A stretch of DNA of 64,000 nucleotides. Source: an uncultured virus (IMG/VR IMGVR_UViG_3300020367_000003). Its lineage: Duplodnaviria > Heunggongvirae > Uroviricota > Caudoviricetes > Kyanoviridae. The notes beneath the pieces are model-generated. The model did no database searches. It was given only the letters and a program-made list of their open reading frames with translations, and was not told the DNA's origin. A program made the position numbers and the translations under genes. Numbering within the stretch: position 1 is the stretch's first letter; every line of letters starts with the position of its first letter. This document shows, in pieces, positions 27,957-39,000 of this stretch. The DNA is taken from IMG/VR virus record IMGVR_UViG_3300020367_000003. One strand, 5' to 3'.

Positions 27957-29553
27957 AATGGTAACTCGGTTTGTTTGTCTTCTTAGATAAGTTTTTACTT
28001 CTGACCTTTGTACCAGATGTCTCACCGTATCCCTTAGGATGTTTACCAGCTTTTGTCTTACCTAACTTTTCTGACTTGCCTGGTTTCTTAGACTGGGTGT
28101 CATGTAAACGTGCTGGCTTATCCTTATCTTTAGTTATAACACTTTCTTGTCCATGTTTACGACCCAATCGTCGCATAACTTTACCAAAGCGTCTCTTACT
28201 CATACCTTTACCTGGTGAGGTTTGGTATGATACTTCACGTCCAGTACCTTCTTTACCATCCTTCTTATATTTGTATTCACCTACTCCCTTCTTATATCCT
28301 ATTCCTTTCTTCTTGAGGTCTTTTTCGAGCCCCTTGCGGGACTCTTTATTCTTTTTTGCGTCTGTACCTCTGTCTGCACTAATGTTTCCAGTGGTTTGTG
28401 TCTTAGACTTACTCATCATACGAGTAGTGGGGTTACCTTCCTTAAGAAATTCAGAGAATCTCTTGAGTCCTTCTGGTTCGTGATACTCCCAGTGACCTTC
28501 TTTCACATGGTCAGCAGCCTTGTATAGAGGTTTACCTGTCTTGGCATTCTTCTTACCTGACTTGTATCCTTGCCATGCAGGTGTGTTACCTTTCTTGTCA
28601 GCATTGGTAACAGTATACTCTTCCTTTGCTTCAGACTTTCTTTTCTTAGCACTTGCTGTATAGAATTTAGCTGCTTGCTTGACTCGCTTCTTAGCACCTT
28701 CTCTATCGCCAGCTACTGCTTTCTTACCACGGTCTTTATCAGCAGCCTTAGATGCATCTAATAGTTTATCAGCAGATAATTCACTGATTACTTCTTCGTT
28801 TTTCATAATAGCTCCTTTACCATGTTTCTTTTCAATGTTTTTCTTAACGATGTCGAGAGCAGTAACACCCTTACCGTGCTCCTTCTCTGCTTGTTTTTGG
28901 TAAACAGTTTTACCTTTGGATTTCTTACCTCCACCGCCAGAGGATCCACCACCACCTTTCCAAGTACCTCTTTCTAGTTGCTTGTCTCTCCAGTGGTCAT
29001 ATCCCTCCTCTGGGACATACTCTTCTCTCTTATATGCAGGTACTTTAGCACCCTTTACACCACGACGTGCTTTGTGCTCTTCCCTACGTTTGTCAATAGT
29101 TTTCCCTCTCTTACCTTCAGGGTCAAACATACCAGGTTCACCGTGACCTGGACCTGCTCTTCTGTAGTTTCTGATAGATGCTTTACCGTAATCGCTACGA
29201 CCTTTATCTACCTTTGCCTCATCTACAGTCTTCTTTTCTTCCTTTTTCTTATCTTTCTTTTTCTTAACAAAAGCAGCAGCAGCACCTTTAGGTTTACCGT
29301 CTCCCTTATAGAGACCCCAAGTTGTACCTTCCTGCTCAAACTCTTCATTCTTAGGATTCTTATTGACTCCTAACTTACCATCAGGATCAGTAGCTCTCAA
29401 TGCTAATCTCCCTGTAGCGGTTTTGATTCCAGTAGCTCTCTTACGAGCTTTCTTTTTACCATCACCACTGAAGGCTAAATCATTTGTTGCTTTTTGACTG
29501 TAACTTAATAAAGTTGAATTCTTCAGCTCATTAAGTTGTGAGAAAGATAACAT
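27949..29553 (-). CDS. Very Lys/Gly-rich modular protein, probable head-internal polyprotein; C-terminal module resembles DUF3293-type proteins
   Basis: Basic segments separated by Glu-rich [LIV]xE junctions; ISADRG...E.S...LGRKHGQESV C-terminal module. Confidence 0.7.
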   Translation of the reverse strand: MLSFSQLNELKNSTLLSYSQKATNDLAFSGDGKKKARKRATGIKTATGRLALRATDPDGKLGVNKNPKNEEFEQEGTTWGLYKGDGKPKGAAAAFVKKKKDKKKEEKKTVDEAKVDKGRSDYGKASIRNYRRAGPGHGEPGMFDPEGKRGKTIDKRREEHKARRGVKGAKVPAYKREEYVPEEGYDHWRDKQLERGTWKGGGGSSGGGGKKSKGKTVYQKQAEKEHGKGVTALDIVKKNIEKKHGKGAIMKNEEVISELSADKLLDASKAADKDRGKKAVAGDREGAKKRVKQAAKFYTASAKKRKSEAKEEYTVTNADKKGNTPAWQGYKSGKKNAKTGKPLYKAADHVKEGHWEYHEPEGLKRFSEFLKEGNPTTRMMSKSKTQTTGNISADRGTDAKKNKESRKGLEKDLKKKGIGYKKGVGEYKYKKDGKEGTGREVSYQTSPGKGMSKRRFGKVMRRLGRKHGQESVITKDKDKPARLHDTQSKKPGKSEKLGKTKAGKHPKGYGETSGTKVRSKNLSKKTNKPSYHYG

Positions 29554-29554
29554 G

Positions 29555-30088
29555 TTATCCACCAACGATTTGGACTTGCTCTACGATTACATCAGCACTA
29601 CCTGCTGTTAGTTTAACTGCTCTATTAACTTGAGGAGTTTCACCAGCTATTAGTTGTGCATCAGCATTACTATAGTCTCCACTAGCACCAGATGAATCGA
29701 TGTTAGTAGTAATAGTAGTATCAGTTACAGAAGCAACTGCTTTACCCCCACCTACAACAGAAACAAATGCTGCTGCGAAGTTAGAGTCACCACCATTCTG
29801 AGTAGAGATATAATCTCCAGCCACAAATTTATGTGCAGGAGTACCACCACTTTCTACAGTGATAACCATAGGGTTAGCATCAGTTGCAGATGCAATTCTT
29901 GCGTTTGCAGGTTTGCCACATGAGATTAACTCAGGGACACCTGCTGCGAGGGTGATTGCAGGTCCAGCGTTAACTTGTATTGAAGACGCTGAAGTTGCAA
30001 GGACACGCAGTACACCAGATTTAACTGTGATGTAGGCAGTACCCGAACCACTTACTGTTTGCGTATCAATAACATTTAATACTGACAT
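29555..30088 (-). CDS. Hypothetical beta-rich (probably virion) protein
   Basis: Small-residue-rich ORF after a late promoter. Confidence 0.7.
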   Translation of the reverse strand: MSVLNVIDTQTVSGSGTAYITVKSGVLRVLATSASSIQVNAGPAITLAAGVPELISCGKPANARIASATDANPMVITVESGGTPAHKFVAGDYISTQNGGDSNFAAAFVSVVGGGKAVASVTDTTITTNIDSSGASGDYSNADAQLIAGETPQVNRAVKLTAGSADVIVEQVQIVGG

Positions 30089-30111
30089 GTTTAAAGAATA
30101 CCTTTACTAGA

Positions 30112-30540
30112 TTATTTATCTTGCTTTTGTTTTAAGAATTTAGCAAGTTCTGCTGTGCTACCAACAAACATGGTGTTGTTGGTGACTTGTTTATCAGATG
30201 AAGATCCTTTCGGATTCTCTATCTCATTAACTTTTTTATGAAGGTCTGCAAGTTTATCAGCAACGTCACCGACATGTTTGATAAGTTGTCCTGCTACTTC
30301 ATATGCTCTTGGTTGGTCTGACTCTTGTGCTAACTCAAGTATACCATCAACTGCTTCTTGACCTTTTTCTATTAGAGAATATAAATTACCTCTTGTATAG
30401 TCATAGTCTTTCCTCAGTTGTTTTTTAGTATCTTGTGCGACCTCAAGTGCCTTATCACTGCGTTTAACGCAACCACCTTCATTTTCAACAATGGAAGTGT
30501 CCACGTTCATTGCATTTTCAATAGCTTCAAAATCACTCAT
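30112..30540 (-). CDS. gp16: Terminase small subunit (T4 gp16)
   Basis: DYDYTRGNLY, PRAYEVAGQLIK, FVGSTAELAKFL. Confidence 0.93.
   Translation of the reverse strand: MSDFEAIENAMNVDTSIVENEGGCVKRSDKALEVAQDTKKQLRKDYDYTRGNLYSLIEKGQEAVDGILELAQESDQPRAYEVAGQLIKHVGDVADKLADLHKKVNEIENPKGSSSDKQVTNNTMFVGSTAELAKFLKQKQDK
30113..30119 (-). promoter_or_regulatory. Late promoter ATAAATA overlapping the gp16 end
   Basis: TAAATA core 25 nt before the next ATG. Confidence 0.55.
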
Positions 30541-31330
30541 CTTGTCCTGTCACTGGGTTATACTGTTTAGCATCTACAAACTCACTGGTCATCTCACTGA
30601 ATCCAAAATCGTCATCTGCGTCAGCAGTGATTGGATCAGGTGTTACCTGATATCTAATCTCACGTGGTGCATTAGGTGCATTCTTAGTATCAGCAGTGTA
30701 ATCAACAATAGCCTTCTTGATAACCTCTCCAGACTTGTCTTGGACTGGACCGTATAGGTAAGTCTTAGCAACAAACTGTAAAGTATATACCAGAGTCCTA
30801 CGAGTATCGTAGTCACCCTCATATACATCCTGATAATCTATAGATGTTAATGTAATTGGATAGTCCTTCTTCTCATCCATAGTAGGCACAAGGTTTAGTG
30901 TGATACTAAAACTTGGTTGAAAGTAAGGTAATATCTGCTCAAGAATCTGAAGACCATCGTCTTGATTCTTTGCCATGATTGCCAATTCAAAATTCAAATT
31001 ATATGGTATTGGCATAAAGGATTTAAACTCTTTACCATCAGCTTGAGTAGACCTTAAATACTGAGTAGGAGATACCTTACGAGTAGCATCATAATTAAAC
31101 CCTTGTATCTCAAAGGAGATACGAGGTAGAGTAATTTGAGTTGTAGTCTTATTAAGACCTACCTGTTGCAGACGTTGTAGAAATTTCTGACGAGGACCAT
31201 ATGCCAGAGGCACTTTCATAACTTCTGTTTTACCAGATGTTACCCTACGAAGTTCAATATTATTAAACAGTGTACCGAAACCGACCACTGTCTTCTTAAT
31301 AATTTCGTGATATGAATAAGTTCCTAACAT
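30533..31330 (-). CDS. gp15: Tail sheath stabiliser / terminator (T4 gp15)
   Basis: FGTLFNNI, VPLAYGP.QKFL, LPRISFE, QILEQILPYFQP. Confidence 0.95.
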   Translation of the reverse strand: MLGTYSYHEIIKKTVVGFGTLFNNIELRRVTSGKTEVMKVPLAYGPRQKFLQRLQQVGLNKTTTQITLPRISFEIQGFNYDATRKVSPTQYLRSTQADGKEFKSFMPIPYNLNFELAIMAKNQDDGLQILEQILPYFQPSFSITLNLVPTMDEKKDYPITLTSIDYQDVYEGDYDTRRTLVYTLQFVAKTYLYGPVQDKSGEVIKKAIVDYTADTKNAPNAPREIRYQVTPDPITADADDDFGFSEMTSEFVDAKQYNPVTGQDE

Positions 31331-32205
31331 TAGATACTACTTCCTTTATTTCCAAACTCACCAAAGGGATTGCCTTCAGTGAAATCAATGATACCATCTG
31401 CCTGTGTCTCTATGACAAAGTTGGCTTGTGATTCGTCATTCACATTATTTAGTGTATTATATGTAGCAGAAGTCCACGCAGCACTAGATGTATTACCAGT
31501 AAGAGTCTCAGGTATACTGAAGATTCCTGACCTATTGTATACAACTAACTGACGTGTAGCACTATTCCAAGACTTAACAGTAGCAGTGACATTAGAGTTA
31601 CCACCTGTTACAATCTCCTCAGCAACGAAGTCTCCGCTACCACCATCAGCAACGTTAACACTTATTGCATTGGCATAATTGACCTCCACTGCATCAACTT
31701 CTGTGATTCCTGTGTCGATATCTTCGTCGCTGTACTGGAAGAGTTCACATCTGAGTCCCCAAGTATATTGTTTACCCAACGTGAAAAATGGTACTTCATA
31801 CTCGACAAACTGGATCTCAAAGATCTTATTTGCCATCGGGAAGTATACGAGATCGCCTTCATTTGGTCTACCCTCCACTATTAAGGTTGCGTTATCATCT
31901 ACCGCAGTAGTGAATCTTGTTCTTGAGATAACAAACGTTGCCTGATCAGCAATTTGGACTCCGAATTTGGAGAACATATCACCGTCTCCTCGGAATCCTG
32001 TGTTGTCTTCAATGTATGCTTCTATCTCAAATGCTCCCTCAAACTTCGACATTGTATCCTCACCGAATACACTATCAGTTTTAACTAAAGTCCTTGGGAT
32101 ATAATAAACATTCTTACCGTACATCTTAATCTGCTCAATGACAAGACTTTCATGCATGTCTTGCTCACCTGTAGTTCCTTGAGTAAAATAAGGGTTAGTA
32201 GCCAT
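31330..32205 (-). CDS. gp14: Neck protein (T4 gp14)
   Basis: NPYF, YYIPR, RPNEGDLVYFP, CELFQYS, DFTEGNPFG. Confidence 0.95.
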   Translation of the reverse strand: MATNPYFTQGTTGEQDMHESLVIEQIKMYGKNVYYIPRTLVKTDSVFGEDTMSKFEGAFEIEAYIEDNTGFRGDGDMFSKFGVQIADQATFVISRTRFTTAVDDNATLIVEGRPNEGDLVYFPMANKIFEIQFVEYEVPFFTLGKQYTWGLRCELFQYSDEDIDTGITEVDAVEVNYANAISVNVADGGSGDFVAEEIVTGGNSNVTATVKSWNSATRQLVVYNRSGIFSIPETLTGNTSSAAWTSATYNTLNNVNDESQANFVIETQADGIIDFTEGNPFGEFGNKGSSI

Positions 32206-32206
32206 G

Positions 32207-33013
32207 TTATCCTATCATGTCTAATGGTGGAGTTTCCCACTGTTGTCTGAGTTGCTCATCCAAATCTTTTAACTCTTGGACTGCATCATTATAAATCATC
32301 TCTCCGTTAAGAGTGACACCACCTGGCATCTGGACGTTTTGGAATTTGGTCATATTAGCACCCCACTGCTTCTTAATCTTAGCAGCAGTGTAATCCTTGA
32401 CCCACATGTTGTCATATATCTCTGTCCATGTGAGAGGATCCAATGCTCTCCAACATTTAATAACAAAATACTGATCTAATAATACATCTGCTTGCCAATC
32501 CATATCAAGATATAATCTATTCTGAGTAGCAATATAACGAGTAGGTTTGATTCCTTCTAATAGAAAATCAATTGTACCCAAGTGTTGCTGAATCATATAG
32601 TAATGATAGAACTGTGTAGATGTAAAATCATACAAGTCATTCAAACGCATCTGATATCTAATATCAAATATGTTTGCAGTACCCTTATCAGTGAAGGAGA
32701 ATATTCCTTCAATGGAAAGTATATGTTGTGGTATTTCTATATAAGTATTTGATTCCAACCACGTGGAATTTCCAGCTACTGAAGTAGTTGTAGTATCATT
32801 AGTATCCTTTGCCCTATCAAGATCCGCCTGAGTTATCTTATGCTTTAGGTAGACTCTTTCAGCACCATCATAATGGAACTGTTGAAACTTCTGTAAGGTA
32901 TAATCAATAGCGTCATCGCATTGATCATCAGAGACGTTGATCTCTAGTACAGGTTTACCTAACCTGCGTAAAGCATATTCTTTTAATTCAGCTTTTGATG
33001 TGGGTGTTGCCAT
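32207..33013 (-). CDS. gp13: Neck protein (T4 gp13)
   Basis: LRRLGKPVLEINV, KKQWGANMTKF, PGGVTLNG. Confidence 0.95.
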   Translation of the reverse strand: MATPTSKAELKEYALRRLGKPVLEINVSDDQCDDAIDYTLQKFQQFHYDGAERVYLKHKITQADLDRAKDTNDTTTTSVAGNSTWLESNTYIEIPQHILSIEGIFSFTDKGTANIFDIRYQMRLNDLYDFTSTQFYHYYMIQQHLGTIDFLLEGIKPTRYIATQNRLYLDMDWQADVLLDQYFVIKCWRALDPLTWTEIYDNMWVKDYTAAKIKKQWGANMTKFQNVQMPGGVTLNGEMIYNDAVQELKDLDEQLRQQWETPPLDMIG

Positions 33014-36000
33014 TATGCTACAAGTACGTAGGTGTTAGATGTGGTATTGAAATACATCTCTCCAGATGCAAGTCCAGAACCAGCATCGTTTGCTGCTGAA
33101 ACAATACCAAGAGCAGTGCGAAGTAATGCAGCAGTTAAATTAGACTGGACAAATGCTGTGGTAGCAATCTGTGTTGTGTTGGTTGCTTGAGCAGCAGTAG
33201 GTGCAGCAGGTGTACCTGTCAGTGTAGGAGATGCTAATGGTGCAGCATCATCTGCTTTAGTACCTTGTGCAGCAGTAGCGAAGTCACCTGTAGCAGATTG
33301 AGCAGCAGTACCAAGTCCAAGAGTTGTCCTTGCAGCAGCAGCGTCTGCGTCATCAATTAGAGTTCCACCGAAGGTGCTAACAGCAGAAGCATCAAGTTTT
33401 CCAGTAATACCTGCTGTTACACGAGCATCAGCACGTGCATCGGTGTAGTAAAGATTACTTCCTTCTGCAAGGTCTCCAGTATCAGCAGCAGCGATACGTG
33501 CATCTGCTCTAGCATTAGTGAAGTAAAGGTTAGATGATCCTTCAGATAGGTCATCTGTATCAGCAGCAGCAATTCTTGCGTCTGCTCTAGCATCTGTGTA
33601 GTAAAGATTTGTGCCTTCAGATAGGTCAGAAGTTGACTTACTTGATAGGTCAAGGTTTGCACCAACTTGTAATGCAATACGAGCATCACCACGAGCATTA
33701 GTCCAGTAAAGGTTACTACCCTCACTAAGATCTCCAGTGTCAGCAGCAGCAATTCTTGCGTCTGCTCTAGCATCTGTATAGTAGAGGTTAGCTCCCTCTG
33801 CCAAATCTGCTGTACTCTTACCTCCAAGACTTGCGTCGAAACGTCCCTCTGTATAGAAGATATTGGTAGATCCTTCAGTTACATTATCAGTATTAATATC
33901 TGCCTGTGTAACAGATAGAGTGCCACCACTATGTGTTATACCTGTGCCATATGTAAAGTGTGTCCTTGTTCTGGCAGCAGTGGTAAAGAGATTTGTTGAT
34001 CCCTCAGTGATGTTATCAGAGTTAACATCTGCCTGAGTAACAGATAGTGTGTATGTATTAGCACCATCGTCATAGACCTTAGTAACACCAGTACCAGCAA
34101 TGATTAGAGCATTGATTCTGTCATCAACTCTCTCATCTGTATAGTATAGATTTGATCCTTCAGCAAGGTCATCAGTATCATGGTTAGATAGAGATGCAAT
34201 AGTTGTAGGAGTTGTGTATGAGAATACACCAGTAGCAGCATTATATGCTATGTCTCCAGTAGCACTAACATGTCCACGAGTCCTAGCAGCAGTGGTGAAT
34301 AGATTAGTAGAACCTTCAGTTACGTTATCAGTATTAATGTCTGCCTGAGTAACAGAAAGTTCTCCACCACCCGATAACTCAACACCGTTACCATACGTGA
34401 AATGAGTCCTCGTTCTAGCTGCAGTGGTGAAGAGGTTGGTAGATCCTTCAGTGAAGTTGTCAGTATTAAGGTCTGACTGGACTGCACTCAAGGTGAGCAT
34501 ATTACCTGCATCATCATATGTTGCAGATATACCTGTACCAGCGTTGATTAGGTTGTTAACCCTATCATCAACTCTCTCGTTGGTGAAATAAAGATTTGTG
34601 CTTCCTTCAGTAAGAGCATCAGTATCATGGTTAGCAATACTACCAACCTGTGACTGGAAGAATGTCAATGCTCCAGTAACGTTTAAGTTACCTTGAATCT
34701 CAAAGTCAGTAACTGATTTAAAGTTAGTAACTGTAAGAGTATTAGTTGAAGGATTGTATTGTAAGTTTGAAGAGTCTGTCCTGACTTCAGTGTTACCAGA
34801 TGTAGTAGAAACAAAAGTAGGATAGTATGTCAAGTTTGATGTAGCAGTCTCAGTTACGTCAACCAACGATGCTGTGTCTGCATTACCAGTTAGGTCACCA
34901 GTTACGTTACCAGTGATTTGTCCTGTTACACCAAGTGTGCCACCTATGGTGGTGTTGTTTGTTACGTCAAGAGTGCCAAGAGTTGAAGTACCAGTTATCT
35001 CAGCATTACCAGTTGTGGAATGTAATGTAACCTTGTCAGTGCCAGATCCATTCTGAAGTTTTAATGTCTTACTACCACCTCTCAATACAAGACTATCTTT
35101 GAATAGTGAAGTTGAATCGACAGTAAGTGTGCCATCTAATTGCTGATTACCATCTACGTTAAGGTCAGCATCAAAGTCTACATTCTGTGTGACATTAAGA
35201 GTGTTAGTAATAGTAGTAGCACCATTAACATCTAAGGTACCAAAGATGTCAGTATTACCTGTAAGTCCTGCAACAATAAATTTGTCAGTGTTAACTATAA
35301 TCGAACCTGTGATATTAGCATTCGATGATAGGTTAAGTGTGCTGATAGCAGCAGTCCCTAATGTAGTTGTGTTGGTAACGTTAAGAGTACCAAGAATAGT
35401 TGTATTTCCAGATGCACCTACAACTGATAAGGTAGGAGCATTGTTTGGACCCATGTAGAAGTCTTCACCGAAGAAGACATCCTTATTAATAACTGCACCA
35501 CCTGTTACGTTGAATGCAGCAGTATCAATTAGGTTAGAAGGATTAGTAGCATTAGTGATGGAGGTAACACCAGTGATACCAACAGTGTTAGTAACATTAG
35601 TAGCTCCATTAACATCCAGTGTTCCTTGAATATCTGTGTTACCAGTTGCCGACTGGACTGTAAACTTGTCTGTGCCATCATCTAACTGTATTGCAAATTC
35701 TTTATTATCAGCATTCAATACAACGTTATCTTGGAAAGTAGCAGCACCATCTACATTCAATGTAGTGTCTAGGTCTACTGCCTGTGTGACATTAAGAGTG
35801 TCATCAATAGTTGTAGCACCCTCTACATTAAGAGTTCCTTGAATATCTGTATTACCATTGTCAGTATCAAAACTAACCTTAGTTAATCCAGCTGCAGTTT
35901 GGATAGAAACTAACTTGTTATCTGCCTTGACTGTTAGACCGTCTGTAATAGTAGTAAGACCATCAATATCTGCTGTGCCATTAACAGTTACGTTATCATC

Positions 36001-39000
36001 AATAACTGTCTCACCAGTAGCAGAGTCAAGAGTTAAGTTACCAGAGGAAGTATCAACTTCAGATGCACCTGATACACCAATCTGCACGTTGTCAGCAGTG
36101 ATGTCAGTAGATGTAATTGCCTGATTGAATGTTACTGTACCTGTGAAGGCATGAGCATCACCAGAGTTGTTACCAATCTGTGTGTTACCATCTACATCTA
36201 ACGTACCAGTGACTGTGAGGTTATCATCGACTTGAGTCTCTCCAGTTGCGGAGTCAAGTATAAGGTTGTTTCCAGAAGTTGTGCTAATTTCAGAATCAGA
36301 GTCCACACCAATAGTAACAGAATCAGCTGTGATATCTGTGGAAGTGATTGCTTGGTTGAATTGAACTGTACCTGTAACAGAATGAGCGTCACCAGAAGCA
36401 TTACCAATAGTAGTATTTCCATCAACGGTAAGGGTACCATCAACCTTGGTATTACCATCGACATTAAGGTTGAGGTCAACATCTAAATCATCTGTAACAT
36501 TTACTGTACCACCTGCTGAATCTAATACTAGATTTCCAGAGGTAGTAGAAATTTCAGTATCACCATCAACACCTATTTTAATATTATCCGCAGTGATATC
36601 TGTGGAAGTAATCGCTTGGTTAAACTGGACAGTACCTGTAACACTATGTGCATCAGATCCAGAATTACCGATAGTTGCGTTACCATCTACTTGGACAGTC
36701 CCTGCTATTACAGTGTTACCTGTACCAGCATCAACTGTAAACTTAGTAGAGTTGACCGCAAAATCATCAGTTACATCAAGAGTACCTGTGATATCTACAT
36801 TGCCACCAAAACTACCATCATCAGTAACAACTAAGTCGTCTCCAACATAGAAGTCAAGACCTACAGAAGCACCACCACCTACGATTAATGCACCTGTAGC
36901 AGCATTAGTAGCATTAGTTGTATCAAATAATTTTAAACTTCCTGCATCAATTCCTGAGCGTACTCCAGAGAATGCCTCTGATGAATTAGTTGCAGCATTA
37001 TAGAATGCATATCTTGATGCTGAAGTATCCCAACCAAAGAATCCTATTCTTGCAGTAACACCATCATGGTATCTAAATTCTATACCACGGTCTAATGCAT
37101 CTTGAGAACCTGGAGCAGTGTCTCCACCCAATGTGAATACAGGGTCATCTACAGTTACTGTAGTGCTATTAACTGTTGTAGTAGTACCATTAACTGTGAG
37201 GTTACCTTCGATTAATGCGTTGGTGTTGACTGTTAAACTTCCGTCAACTGTGACATCATCGGTAAATTGCGATACTGCATTGACTGTTAATACATCAGTA
37301 TTAGCATTACCAATGGTAGTAAGACTACCAGTTATATTAAATTCTCTATTAAATGTTGCGTCACCATGGACTACGAGAGCACCATCTGTTGCACCACCCT
37401 GTCCTACACGACCTATAGTTGTATATCCAGACTCACCTAAGATAGAAAACTCTACGTTATCATTAGTACCAACCTTACCAACATAGAAGTCATCTCCTAC
37501 ATGTAGGTCTGCTACGATACCTGCACCACCTGCTACTCTAAGGTTTGCATCTGGGTCATCAGCGAATGTTGCGTTATGTGCTGCAACACTACCAATATAC
37601 TCACGATATCTTACATCTAAGTTATTAAGTAGAGAAGGACGTGTCCTTGCTGTACCAGCATCCTTAGAATCAATTCTGTCTGAGACATATAAGTCTCCAC
37701 CTATTCTTACATCCTTATCGATGTTAACACCACCTGCAAATGTAGCATTTCCATCAGCAGTCTTAGTGATGGCATCGTTAGCAGTAGTATCAACTGTTAT
37801 ATTATTTGTCCTTTCAAAGGTGTTGAATCCACCTATGTTTAAACTACCTTCAATATCAGTGTTACCATTTGTGCTACTGATAAGGAATTTAGTATCGGTA
37901 CCATTAGTAATCTTAAACTCTTTACCAGTGACATCCATTAGGAAGTCATTATGGAAGACTACATCATCATCAACATCTAATGTGCTGTTAAGAGTAGTAG
38001 CACCATCTACATCTAAAGTACTGTTTAAGGTAGAACCACCATCGATGTCCATCGTGCCATCGGTGTGGAAGTTACCATTGTCAGTATCAACCCAGAATAA
38101 GTTATCACCATTTGCATTCTGGACCATGAATCCCTTATTGTCTGCTCTAACATAGAAGTCAGAATAGAAATAAGCATCACCATCAGCATTAGTTGTACCT
38201 TTAATAACTGTGTTACCAGTATCAGTATCAACTGTAAACTTATCTACACCCGCAGCAGTCTGAATCTTAAAGTCTTCATTATCAGACTTGATTAACACTG
38301 TATCGTTAATCTCTGTCTGTCCTGCGATAGTTGTAGTACCACCTATGTGGACATTTTGTGATATACCTACACCACCAGTTACTACCAGAGACCCTTCCGA
38401 CGTGGAGTTGCTTCCTGTGTTTGTTGTGAGTGCGAGTGTTCCAGCAATGATAGGAGCGTCAGTGCCAGAGAAAATTTCAGAGGAGTTAGTGGCATCGAGG
38501 AGGAACCTAAAGCCGCCAGTGCCAGTCCATATGTTAGAGTTTGCATAATCGTTATCCCAACCAAAGAATCCAACCCTTGCTTGGTCTCCAGTTCTATAAT
38601 ATCTAAATTCTATACCACGATCTTTACTATCAGCAGAACCTGGAGCAGTGTCTCCACCCAATGTAATGATAGGATCGTCTACTGTCATTACAGTTGAGTT
38701 AACTGTAGTGGTCTGACCTTGTACTAATAGGTCACCCCAAATTTCTACAGTACCTGTATTCTGTTGATTGTCATCTGGATCAAGGACCAGATTACTGCCA
38801 GGATCGCAAGCCAAGACATTAGCTTTCGCATGGAAGTTTTCAAAACATACCCTCGCATCTGGATGTATGGCAGTAAGGACCATTCCTTGGTCTGCCTGTA
38901 TATTAATTGTTGCATTACCTGCCCCTGCGTTAGTAGAGGAGATAAGCATGTCAACATCATTTGCTGAATCCGCAGCATAAGTAAATCTCATGCGGTTGGT

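Noticed and set aside
27971..29373. Plus-strand ORFs up to 170 aa, rich in Phe/Leu/Pro
   Set aside because: Antisense shadows of the Lys/Gly-rich gene; no independent signals
33420..34630. Short DNA direct repeats resembling a CRISPR array or DGR template/variable repeats
   Set aside because: They are in-frame peptide repeats with irregular spacing; no cas or reverse transcriptase gene, and no adenine-specific mismatch pattern was evident
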